In this document: piece after piece, positions 1 through 12,519 of the stretch
How the letters are laid out: each line of letters begins with the position of its first letter
How positions within the stretch are numbered: the stretch's first letter is position 1
Assembly (NCBI GenBank): GCA_050084985.1
Contig: JBITNC010000001.1
Span: 134,912,001-134,976,000, forward strand
Direction of reading: 5' to 3'
Source of the DNA: Nageia nagi
Lineage: Eukaryota; Plantae; Pinophyta
Length of the DNA stretch: 64,000 nt
Made by a program: the position numbers and the translations under genes
Notes under the pieces: model-generated
What the model was told of the DNA's origin: nothing
Database searches by the model: none
Seen by the model: the letters and a program-made list of their open reading frames with translations, nothing else

Positions 1-420
1 AGGCCTTTTGAGATAATAGGTAAGATTATATATATAGCCTACAAGCTAGCTCAACTTCCACCCAATCTATCCAAAATGCATGATGTTTTCCATATTTCTT
101 GACTTGAAAAGTATGTTGTTGATCCGTCTCATATGTGGAATTTAGAAAACTTGCAAATGGTTGATATGTTGGTAATTGAAGTGCTTCCAATTAAAATTTT
201 GGACTATAGGGTCAAAGCTTTAAAAAATAAAGAAATTAATCAATGCAAAGTGCAATGGGATTGACACTAAAAAATGTTTCTACTTGGGAAGACATTGCTT
301 TAATGCAAAATTGATGTTCATATATTTTTTAGTAAATATGCATATAAAATGATTATATGTGAAGATAATATTTGAAATAATTGGGCAATGTTACTCTCAA
401 TTAGGGAGTATGTAATAACA
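1..420 (+). mobile_element. Ty3/gypsy (chromovirus-type) 3' end: integrase C-terminus/chromodomain remnant, PPT and LTR stub
   Basis: Frameshifted translation GPFEIIG...AYKL..LPPNLSKMHDVFHIS...PIKILDYRVKALKNKEINQCKVQW; purine tract ttagggagta (401-410) followed by tgtaa. Confidence 0.75.
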
Positions 421-469
421 TGTTTTGTTATGCTCAAGTAGTACTTTAAAAACTAGAAAAAGAATAATA

Positions 470-1420
470 TTACAAGAACCTTAATGTAGTGAATAAAGTA
501 TTAAGAGAAAATCACTTATGTACCAAAATGTTTAAGTGTGAATTTTATGTGCCTCAATTTCAATATTTAGGTCACATCATATTTGAAGGAGGAGTTACTA
601 TGGGTCCCAAAAAAATTGAAGTTGTAATGAGTTGGTCAAACCCTAAGAATGTTAATAAAATCAGGAGTTTCATGGGTCTCATTGGGTATTATAGGTATTT
701 TGTAAAAAAATTCTCTAAGATTTCTTACTCCATTACCCATTTGCAAAAGAAGGAAAATAAATTTATATAGAAACAAAAATGTAAACAAGATTTCACCACA
801 TTCAAATAGAAGCTTACAACAACAACATTACTTAAAATCATGGACCCTAATGGGTATTTTTTTGTATGTACAATTACTTCCAAGGAGGGGTTAGTACTAA
901 TGTAATATAGTGCACTAGATATTTATGAATCTAAAAATCTTAAAGAGCATGAACGAAGGTACATAAATAATGAATTAAAGCTTGTAATTATGGTTCATGC
1001 TTTAAACTTTTGGAGACATTAGCTCTTAAGAAAATCTTTTGATTTTAGATTAGACCATAAAAGTATTAAGTATATATTCATAGTACCTAATTTGAATGCT
1101 CCCTAGAGGATATGGATGGAGATTCTCTCTAAAATTATTTTTATATTGAATATATCAAGATGAAAGAAAATAAAGTGGTTAATGCACTAAGCCATAAAGG
1201 TAATATTATAACCTTGATTTTATTTCACATCATTTGTATTGATAAAATCTACCAATTACAAGCCAAATACTATCATTGTAAAAGGATTTTGAAGGAACTT
1301 ATGGAAAATCCTGATAAAGTTAAATATTTCAATAAAAAATAAGATGGTCTTTTTTGTTACAAGAATAGGGTAATCCCAAATGAAGAAAATTTGAGGAATA
1401 CAATACTACTATAATCCACT
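470..1420 (+). mobile_element. Ty3/gypsy pol fragment (RT C-terminus, RNase H, start of integrase), degenerate
   Basis: ORF 489-770 KCEF...YLGHII...P.KIE.V..W..PKN...IRSFMGL.GYYR.FV..FSKI; downstream RNase H-like YES..LK.HE.RY...EL..VHAL..WRH; ENKVVNALS. Interrupted at ~1420 by a copia LTR. Confidence 0.85.
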
Positions 1421-2034
1421 TATAAAAAAATAAGTCAAGCAATTATGGTTCCTCTTATTTAGAAAAAGAAAATAGTGATCAAAACAATAAGAAAAAATCA
1501 CATAAGAAATTTGAGACAGGTATAAAATGGTTCAATCCTTATTGAAATCATCTCCACAAATCAAGATATTACAACTAACAACCTATTGTTGTACCTTTTT
1601 CTTTGTCTCACTAAGGAATTATTTCTTACAAAACTTAGTCTCTCCTTTCTCACTACAATTCATCATATCAAATCAATGCAACTACTTATATTTATAATCT
1701 ACAATTATAATATTATTTTAAATGCAAACTAGAGCTAAACATCCATGCATAGATCTACCATGAACTGGGCAAGTTCAATTCCAAAATTGGAACAATGTAA
1801 GAGTGAGTTTTCTATTTCAAAATAGAACTTCACATCTTTAGATTCGTAACTAGATTACATCATACTAACCTAACATACCTCGATCTATCCAATCGATTAG
1901 CTACCTAATCGAATGACCTAACCAACTTGTATCTGACCAGTTATCACCTACAAACTAACCTTGTGCATATTAGTTATAAAAATAGAGGGTAATTTATTCC
2001 TTCATCAATCGATATTTAGGCTCCATTCCTAACA
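1421..2034 (-). repeat. 3' LTR of copia element
   Basis: Aligns with 5926-6521 (e.g. aattatttcttacaaaacttagtctctcctttctcacta in both); ends ...cctaaca next to the PPT. Confidence 0.88.
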
Positions 2035-5000
2035 ATCTCCCACTTGAAGACTAATCCTTTTGAAACACACTACAGTAAGGCATTGAAAATATCTTATCAT
2101 AATCTCTTACTCCTTGAGGCCAATCTAAATTGGGAAAAAGATCAACTTCTCCCTTGTTACAACATATCTGCATGATTTTGAGATGTACATATTTTACCCA
2201 ATTTTAAAGATCCATCCTTCATTAGTGAAACTAGGAAGTGATATCTTAATTGTATATATTTAGTTCTAGAAAGAAATTTTGACTTATTGGCAAGATGAAC
2301 AACACTCTAGTTATTACTCCACAATCTAGCATCTTCTTACTCTTTACCTAACTCCTTTGAGAATATTTACAACTAAATCATCTCCTTACTATCTTCAATA
2401 GTTGCAACATACATTGCTTCAATGGTTGAAAAGGAAACTACTTGTTATAGTTTTGAGATCCAACTAATAGCTACTACACCCATGGTAACGATATATCTTT
2501 TTGGTACTCCTTCCATCATCAAGATCACATGCCATATTTGAGTCCACATAACCATACTAAAAAGTATGAGAACCTCCAAAATTCATAGAGTAATTATATG
2601 TACTTATCAAATACCTAATAATCCATTTAATCGCTTCCTAATTACCCTTTCTATGATTTTTCATGTACATACTCACCACTCCAACTACTTATGCAAGATC
2701 TAGTCTTATGCAAACCATGGCATACATAAAACTTCCAACTGCTAAAGAATAAGGAAGTTTGGTCATGTACTCTTGTTCCTTTTTGTATTTTGGAATACAA
2801 GACTTTTGAAAGTTTTAAGTGCTTTGCCAAAGGTATAGTAACCTCCTTTACATCATTCATCCTGAATCACTTTAGTATCTTCTTAATGTAGTCCTCTTAA
2901 GAAAACTTTAGTGTATGGTTTGATTTATCTCTTATGATCCTCATACCAAGAATCTGTTGTTCCTCTCCAAAATCCTTCTTGTAAAAAGTAATTGCTAACT
3001 TTATCTTTAGCTAAACAATGTCCTTTATGCAAGAACCTACAACCAACATGTCATCTATATACAAAAGTAAGATAACATAATTTCCATTTCTAGTCTTCTC
3101 AAAAAAGACATAATGTTCATATTGGCATCTAATAAACTTTTCTTTACCATAAACTGATTAAACTTCAAGTACAATTTCCTTAGATCTTTTTTAAGGCCAA
3201 AAAATTGCTTCTTCAACTATTTCATGTAAATATCCTCCTCCAAATCCCCATGAAGGAAAGTTATCTTAACATATAGTTGTTCAAGAAATAAATTTTCTAC
3301 AATACTCAATATTCTATGTATGGAGATCATATTAACAATTGGTGAAAAGATCCATCAAAATCTATACCTTTTTTGTAGCAAAATGCTTACCTACAATCCT
3401 TGCCTTGTATCTCTTTTGTTCTCCCACTTCATATTTCAATCTATATACCCACGTATTAGTCAAGGCTCTTTTACTTTTGTGTAGCTCAACCAAATCCCAT
3501 CTTTGGTTGTGAATAAGAGAATCCGTCTCTTCATTCATAGCATGCTCCCACTTATTCCATGTACTCATATACATGGCCTCATCAAAATATTTTAGTTCAT
3601 TATAATTACTATAAATAACATAATAAAGAGCAAGGAAAAATCTATCTAGTGGTCTACTTACCATTATAGATATTCTAAAAAAAATATGAGTTTGAGGCTC
3701 TTGTTGTTGTAGATTTTCTTGAACCTTGGGTTTACCTTTCTCATCAATATCATCAAGTATCACATACTTAGGCTTCTCTTCCTTAACTTGTAATATGTCC
3801 TTATACAAACACTTTTCATTGAATATAATGTCTCTACTTCTTATGACTTTCTGATTATCCATATCCCATAATCTATATCCCAAACCATTAATTCCATATC
3901 CAACAAAATAAAACTTAAGGGCTTTTGCATCTAATTTATTTCTATTATCCTTATCAATATTAGAAAAATCTTCACAACCAAATACCTTTAAGGAAATAAT
4001 TTTTACCTTTGTACCTATCTTCAACTCTTTGGGAATGGCTCCATCCAAAGAACTACTAGGTGCTTTATTTATCAAATACAATGCAATATCAATAGCATGA
4101 GCCCACATGTATCAAGATAATCTTGCATATAATCTCATTCACTTACACATTCTAATATTTTTCTATCCATCCTCTCTAAAATCCCATTCTCTTGAGGTGT
4201 TCTTGGAACTACCTTTATGCTTCTTATCTCATTGTGTGCACAAGAGTCATCAAACTCCTTGTTAAAATATTTTCTACCATTATCTAATTTGAGACTTTTA
4301 AAAAAAAATCATGTTTCATTGACAACCAATGCTCTCTAATTCTTGAAAGTATCAAACACATCAAATTTGTTTTTCAAATAATAAACCCATGTCTTTCTTG
4401 TAGCATCATCAATGAATGTGACATAATAAGAGTAGTTATCAAAAGATTTTATGTATGAAGGTCCCCACATAACTAAGTGTACTAAATCCAACTTCTGTTT
4501 CCTCTTTTCTAGTCCAACCTTGAGAAATCTTACCCTTTTATGATTTACAAAAATATAATTCTCACAAATCACAAAGTTATCATCTTTTAGTTTAGGTAAC
4601 AATTTTCTTGAGTGTAAAATTTTCATACCTCTTTCACTTATATGACCAAGTCTTTGATCCCATAAAGTTGCATCTACACCCAAAAAAATAGAATTCAAGG
4701 AGTAGTAAGATGTTCTAAATATTAGATACAAAGTTCCCACCATAGTACCTCTTACTACCACCATTGATCCTATTGTAACTTTCAATGAAGAGTTTTCAAA
4801 TGTAACTATATAACTATCCTTGTCAAGCTTGCTTGTCAATATAAGGTTCCATTTTAGATCTTGAATGTATCTAGATTCCTTAAGCACCCATTGGGTATGG
4901 GTGATCATTATCCAAAAGCACATGTACATAGTCACTTAGAACATAATTTATGAAGTATTCTTTATGAGATGTAGCATGAAAGAAAGCACTATAACCAATC

Positions 5001-5925
5001 ATCCAATAATCATTATTTCTATCAAGAGAAAAATAAGAACATCTTGTAGAATTTCACCAATGACATTTGCTTCATGACTATTACCTTAATTCTCATTACC
5101 TTCCTTACCTTTACCCTTTCTTGACCAACAATTCTTCTTAAGATGACCCTTCTTCCCATAAAATCAACAATCTAATTTTTTTTTGGATTATGGTGTTCTT
5201 GACTTAGATATCCCTTTGTATTTGCCTCTTTATTAACTCTTGTCTCTATCCCTTGATCTTCCTTTATTCTAAACCATAAGATTCATGCTAGAAATTTCTC
5301 CTATAGACTTTCTCCTCATGTTCTCACTGATAATGGTTCCAACTACTTCTTCAAAGACCAATTTAGTAGAGGAAAAATTGGGAAGTACCATGATAAGACT
5401 ATTCCAACTATTTAGTAGTGAATACAAGATTAGTAATGCCCTAACCTCATTATCAAATTTAATCTTTATTGATATCAATTGGCTATTAATAGGAATAAAT
5501 TTATTCACATGATTCAAAATGGATCCTTCTTCATTCATCTTCATATTAGATAATTTTTTCATGAAATATACCTTATTTGTGGTGGATGGTTTCTCAATCA
5601 TAGTAACCAATTTGTCCATAACCCCCTTTATGATTTTATCCCCTAAGATTTTGAAATCTATCAATGTACCCAAGCATAGTCTTGTTGTTCCTAGTACCTT
5701 TTTGTCAAGTAATGTCAAATCTTCATATGACACAGTTAAAGGTTTCTTTACTACTCCCTCAAGAGGAAAGCACATGTCCTTTTGGTATAAGTAATGTTCC
5801 ATTTTCATCTTCTAAAATTGGAAGTTTTATCCATTAAATTCCTTCATCGTTTGCCTCCCTTCTTCTTCCATTGAACCTTGCTAACAATCAACAACAATGC
5901 TCTAATAGAGCTTATTAGAACCAAT

Positions 5926-6521
5926 TATAAAATAAAAAGTTAATAAATTATGGTTTTCTTATTTGGAAAAAGGAAATAGTGATCAAAATAATAATTATAT
6001 AATCACACAAGAAATTTGAGACAAGTATACTGTGGTTCACCTAGTGTAGGTTACATCCATGGAAATTTTTTCAATCCTTATAGCAATCATCTTCATAAGC
6101 TAAGAGATTACAATCAATAACCTACTATTGTAACTTTGACTTTGGCTCATCAAGTAATTATTTCTTACAAAACTTAGTCTCTCCTTTCTCACTAAAATTC
6201 ATCATATCAAATCAACATAATTACTTATATTTATAATCTATAATTACAATCTTATTTTTAGTCCAAATTGGAGCTAAAACTCCATGCATGAATTTACCAC
6301 GAACTGGGAAAGTCCAATCCCAAAATTGGAATAAATCAAGAGTGAATTTTCTAGCTCAAAATAGAACTTCACACCTATGGAGGTATAATTGGATTACATC
6401 AGATCAATTTTGATATATAAATTAGTTCCATGAAGTTTGGTTGACTTCTACATTACTCTTACATGCCTCAATCTAATTAGTTGATCGATTTCTTGACCAA
6501 CTAACTTGACCAACTTATATC
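5926..6521 (-). repeat. 5' LTR of copia element, cut at the CACTA terminus
   Basis: Homology to 1421-2034 stops at accaacttatatc; the last ~100 nt of the LTR are absent. Confidence 0.85.
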
Positions 6522-7399
6522 CACTACTACAAAAAGGTCTTCGGGAATAACCAATGGTATCATCATGCTAAAGAAAAATATCTAGACATCATAGGTAGAA
6601 TCTAATGTCAGGTTGCATCAATTTTTTTTTTCCAAAAATAGTTGAGGTTCTTGATGCTAGATGTGATGCCACAGGTGTTACTAATGATGATGCCAATATG
6701 TTGAGAACATGATGCTAATGATATCACCTTTGATTATGCCCTCAATCTTCATTGGTGATGCCAATAACATCACTAATAATGATGCTAAAACATAGAGATG
6801 ATTTGACACCATTCATGTCACTATATGATGCTCAAAAAAAGAGAAGTAAAATAGCCTTTTTTATTTTGATACCATATGTGATATCATAAATGTCATTATA
6901 GGATATTAGCAAAAGGTCTCTTGATTTATAGTAACATATTTAATAACTTTAGGCTAGTAAGGGATCATTCGAAATAAAATTAGAGCATGAAATAACAATA
7001 CTTATTAAAAGAATTAGGTTGTAAAATATTTGGTTGATTAAATAAACCAACTCATGAATATTGTCTTCAAATATAGTAATGTTAGAGTTAAGATTAGGTC
7101 TTCTAATTAAATTATGAACTTTCATTAAATATAGATAGTGATCCAATTATGTAAAACTTGATAAGAGTTTATATTGATTTCGAATCTTTGATTTCTCATT
7201 ACTAAAATTAGTTGTTAACTATTAAGTATAATTAAGGTTTGTTCTAATGTTGGTACTAAAATAGACTAGGGAAGTGAGATCCATATTATCTACCTTGAGA
7301 ATCAATAATTCTAGCATGTTTTGCATGCAATTAAAAATAAGTGATCCTAAAGTAAATGTAATTAAATACATAATATCCATAAAAATCTAAATTATAATA

Positions 7400-10300
7400 T
7401 TGAAATGCTTCCATTTCACTTTATTAATCATCTAAATTTCACTATCGTCTTCATCAATAGGATGTATAATATATTTTCCTCTAGGATCATAATTAATTAC
7501 AAACAACATTTTATCATCCAATACATCTTTACAAAAAATATTTGATGGCAATGTTGTAGTAAAACATAAAGCTCTTTATCTTCAGGTAAATATTTTGTGG
7601 AGTTGATTACATGATAACCACTAGGTCTATCATGCAAGGTTATTCTTCTTATTTTTTTGGGTTGGGTTGGAGGATGGATTTTTTAATGAAATGATAACCA
7701 TTTTTGCATTCAAATTGGTCATGCACATGTGAAAATTACTACAACAATAGGGTGATTTGAACTTATAACCATCCAGAAGTGAGACATGCACTTAACCAGT
7801 GTGGTGTCCCCTCAGGGACAATAAGGTTGTTCTTCTATTAAATCCTTCAAACCATTTACATTAAACACCACACACTTGAATGACCTATAATCTAGTTGAA
7901 TGATTTCTTGTATTTTTCTAATATATTGTAATGTTCCTTCTATCCAATTTGTATCTCTTCTACTTGCATGACTTGCTTGATCAAAATCAACCATCACTCC
8001 ATAATTGAATGTTGTTTTTTTCTCATCATTATTTTCAATTCTGAAATGTTGACCATATGCTCACATTGCAGGGAAAGAATGATACCTACACACATTTACA
8101 TAAAAATATAATTAATGCAATCATTTTATTTATATTAGCTACAAATGTATTATTAAAATATTAAAAAAATAATTACCTTTAAATAAAATAGTAATTACCA
8201 TTTTATAATATCCAATAGTTATATTCAATGCATATTCATCTATCTTTTCTCCTCCTTTTTGTTTCTCTTCAATTGCTTGCTTTATCCATGACCTAGTACA
8301 CTCTATTGGCCACGTCTCTTAGACGTGGAGGTAGAGGACGCCTTGGATTATGACTGTGAAACATGGCACATTCTCTTGAAATTGCCCTTTTTTAACTCTT
8401 GTACAATTAAATCCAATCTTTACAACATTCCATATTAATCATGATAAATTATTTTATAAATTTGAATATATCATGATTTAGTGTAAATTCATGATGACAT
8501 AATATATACTCGGTAGTAACCATTGATTAAATTAAATCTAAAATGCATGTACATTTTATTAAAAATTACTAATTTCTAAAAACAAATTAGTACCTTTAAG
8601 AGAATAATATATCCCATTTGTTTCTAAAATATCCCCTTCTAATTTGTTTGTGTCTTTGTTTGGATTCCACATCTTTAGAGCAAAATCATCAATTTTCAAA
8701 ATCAATGTCATCTTTGGATTCCACATCTTTATATAAAAAGGTTTTTGGAAGCACTATACATTTCATTTTCAAAATCAATTTCATCTCTTACATCATCATG
8801 TGTATGAGGAGTATCATTCATGTCTACATCAACATAGATTAACCTAAGTAAATTATTCATTGTACTTTGATGTTTCTGATGAGCATTATTCACTATATCA
8901 TCATTATCATTGTTTGAAACCATGAAAACATGAATATGAGTTATTGGATTTGGGTTTATCATGAAATTTGTATATGCATCTTCACTTAACACTCTTTTTA
9001 CTCATTGCCTTCTTGACATGCCCATATATTTTTGATGCAAAATTGGTACATAAGATATTGTTCTTGAGTTTTCTACTCTATTTGTTGCATATTGATGTGC
9101 CTATTAATAATATAAATCCATACATGAATCAATAACATACATCTATACATACATTATAAATCCATACATGCATTAATAACATACATACATATATACATCA
9201 ATAACATACATCCATCCATACATGCATCATAGTATTGATTACAATTTGATACATGAATTGGAACACAATATTTTTTATTGAAAAGTCAACAAGATGTAAC
9301 AAGTGTATCATAATATAAAAGTAACAAGTAATTGTCGATAACTTTAACATGAAGGAAAATAGAGATTCATAACTGCCTACTATAACATTATTCATCAATT
9401 ATTACTACAACCTCCCTTTTATCTCTTTCATCTTGATTCAATTATTACATTTTCAACTCCTAACTCCATACGTCATGGAGTAGGTCTTTTGTAATTGTAG
9501 TTCAACCATAGCTCATCACCAAATTTAATATCTCTAATAGGAACTACACATATATAACTATTCATTCTTTTAGCTATGAAGTCTTCTTGATCATCTTCAA
9601 ATTCTTCAAATTCATAATTCGATATAAAAGTGGTGCCTTTGGTACTATTTATATATATCTTGCAATATTTTCATGTATTTTTGATGGACCATCAATGTAC
9701 AAAATATTCTTTATGATCTATTATTAATGTTGAATATTTTATATAAATTCAATATTTGGACATACTAAATATATACGATGTTAGTTATTTTCAAACACTT
9801 GTATTGTAAAATATCCTACAAAATAGCATCAATGGTGATAGTAATATTATAGGATTAACATGCACAATAGTAGATAATAAAAATAAACCCATACTATAAT
9901 CAACTAAATATTCATAAGGTTTAATCATGTATGAATGATCATAATAATTGAATTGATCATAAGCTTTTGGAAAAGATTTTTGAATTTGCCATGCTCTATA
10001 TGCTTGATAATCATATGTGTCTTGATATAAATGCAATAAATTATCTATAAAATAAAAGTCATTTACACTCTCCATGGGTAAATCAAATGGCTCCTTATTT
10101 GTAGTAATGCATACCATTGAACTTTGAAGTAGACATTGAAGTCTTATTCTTGTAGTTATTCTTCCCTATTCATATGATGAATCTACATATTGTATTTCCT
10201 TTGTAATATTCTCTTTTAGATGCTCAAAATATCTACTAGGTTCAATTGGACCATATGCATGTTTCCCAACTATAAAAGTTATTGTACCCTCTAATTTTTG

Positions 10301-10850
10301 TAGGCCATCAACATCATAATAATGTACTTGTACTTCTTTCCTTCAATGCCTTTGGAAACCATTGCACCTTGAACACCTACATATAATAGATGCCTAGTAA
10401 TAAAGAGTGATCACATCATTAAATCCTTTTACCTCGTTATCAACAATTGGTTCAGATCCTGGAGAATCACATCCTCTAGGAAATAACTCGATGGCTATGA
10501 TATCTCTTCCCTATGTTGAATTGATTATTCCAAGGTAATATCATCAGCCAAAAAAAATATCATTACAAATAAGATAAATATTTAATAAGAATTTGAAAAC
10601 CAAATCAAAATTTAATGCTAATTACCTCATGGTCATCATCATCATCAGATGACACATTCATCCTCCTAGAATAAGTTGGTGGTATATCATCCTCATCATC
10701 ATGGAATGATACATTCATCCTTCTAGGATGAACTGGTTGCATCTCATTCTTATCCTCATCAAATGTTACATCCATTCTATTAGGAAAATATAAGGATGTG
10801 GTATCTCATCCTCATCAAATGATTATACATAAGTCCTATATTTCACCATA
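7400..10850 (-). pseudogene. CACTA transposase (TnpD-like; DUF4216/DUF4218-type) spliced remnant
   Basis: AYGQHFRIEN.DEKKTTFNYGVMVDFDQASHAS..D.N.IEGTLQYI.KIQEII.LDY.SFKCVVF (7812-8080) resembles the DUF4216 region; minus-strand donor-like sites (attacc on +) at ~8172 and 10621; many stops. Confidence 0.7.
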
Positions 10851-10949
10851 GTGAAACCTACTTTAAAATTTTTTAAAAATAGAAATAATAAATACTTACA
10901 TCATAAAAATATATAAATAAATAAAAATAATTAGTACTAACACTTACTC

Positions 10950-11700
10950 CTTACCTAAACCCCTAACCTAAATACCTAATTCAAATCCTTAACCAAAATC
11001 AGACCATAACCTCAAATGCTTACCCTTAACCCAAACTTCAAACCCTTAAGCAAAACCCCTAACTCAAATCCTTAACCCCTAATGCTTACCCCTAACCCAA
11101 ACCCTTATCCCTTAATGCTTACCCCTAACCCAAACACCTAACCCCTAACCCAAACCCATATCCCCTAACCCAAACCCTTAACTCTAAACCATAAACCCTT
11201 AACCTAAATAGCTAACTCCTAGACCAAACCCCTAGCCCCTAACCTTAACACCTAACCAAAACCCCTAACTCCAAATCATAAACCCTTAACCCAATCTCCT
11301 AACCCAAATCCCTAACCCCAAATGCTTACCCTTAACCCTAACCCAAACCCCTAACTCAAAACTCTTAACTCCAAACTCCTAACCCAAACCCCAAATTGTA
11401 AAACCCTATTCTCAAACCCCTACCACCAAATGATTACCCCTAACCTAAACCTCTAATCTAAACCCCTAACCCTACCCCAAAACCCTAACTCCTAACCCTC
11501 ACCCCTAATCCCAAACCCTTAACCCTACCTTGTAATGCTTACCCCTAACCCAAACCCCTAATACTTACCCCTAACAAAAACCCTAACCCTTAACACTTAC
11601 CCCTAACCCCTAATGCTTATCCATAACCCAAACCCCTAACCCTAAACCCCAAACCCTCAACTTATTTTTTTTAGCTGTAACCCTTAACCCTTAAACACCT
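10950..11700. repeat. Degenerate telomere-like array (CCCTAA/CCCTAAA variants) with higher-order unit AATGCTTACCCCTAACCCAAA
   Basis: Directly visible repeats over ~750 nt, followed by a TA-rich low-complexity tract (11715-11970). Confidence 0.9.
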
Positions 11701-12519
11701 ACACCCCCTCGACTTAATTTTATATATTATATTTTTAATTTCATATATTAATTATATTTCATATTTTATATTTTATATTATATTTTAAATTTATATTATA
11801 TTTTTTTATATATTATATTTTATATATTATAATTTGTATTTTATATTATATTTTAAAGTTTATATCTTATATTATATTTTTAATTTTAATTTGAATTTTT
11901 AATTTTTAATTTTACATATTAAATATATTCTTTATATTTAATATATTATCATTTATATATTTTTCTTTAAATTACACTTTTTGATACTATTCTCATTGCC
12001 ATAAGTAACTCCATTATCGATGCCATACTCAATAGTAATGGCATCATATAATATTATATATTTTAAAAAATAAAACTAGTGCATGCCATTTCCATTTAGA
12101 CCATTGGGAATAGTTCTAGTTCGAAAGAGCATAGGGTTTGTAAGAGAGAGGGTTTGCAGGAGTGCAGTGACAAGAAACCATAAGATTTTTTTACATACAT
12201 GTGGTAAGAATGTCTTCAATGTCTTGCAATTCGACCTTAGTATGGCTGCAAAAGAATATATGTTGTTAAGGTCAGTTCCTTAGACTAAAGAATCTAGGGG
12301 ATTTAGTTGCTAGCCTTTTCAAAGTCATACGATCTCATCACTTACTCATGAAAATGATATAAATATCACTCTCACTAATCTCTATTGATATCCCTTATGA
12401 ATTTAGGGCATTCAGTTGCTAGCCCTTGTGAGTATTGAATTATAGTGGTGGAGGTAGAAGGATGGAGTAACTTGCTATTTGGTAGGGTTTTTAACCCTAA
12501 CACATCATATTTATTGCAT

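Larger units (their letters stand above)
1421..6521 (-). mobile_element. Ty1/copia LTR retrotransposon (Tnt1/Tork-like), decayed, 5' LTR truncated
   Basis: Minus-strand gag (ATG 5871; ORF 5269-5808), GAG-pre-integrase/integrase (LWDQRLGHISERGM, YYVTFIDDATRKTWVY; 4336-4935, 3362-4108), RT and RNase H remnants to ~2120. PPT aagtgggagat abuts the LTR at 2034; degenerate Met-type PBS ~5899-5923. Confidence 0.92.

Noticed and set aside
10950-11700. True telomere or chromosome-fusion site
   Set aside because: Highly degenerate, single orientation, no head-to-head junction, embedded in TE sequence.
12077-12081. TAGTG as the right CACTA terminus
   Set aside because: Only 5 nt match the TIR and the interrupted copia LTR does not resume; not fully excluded.
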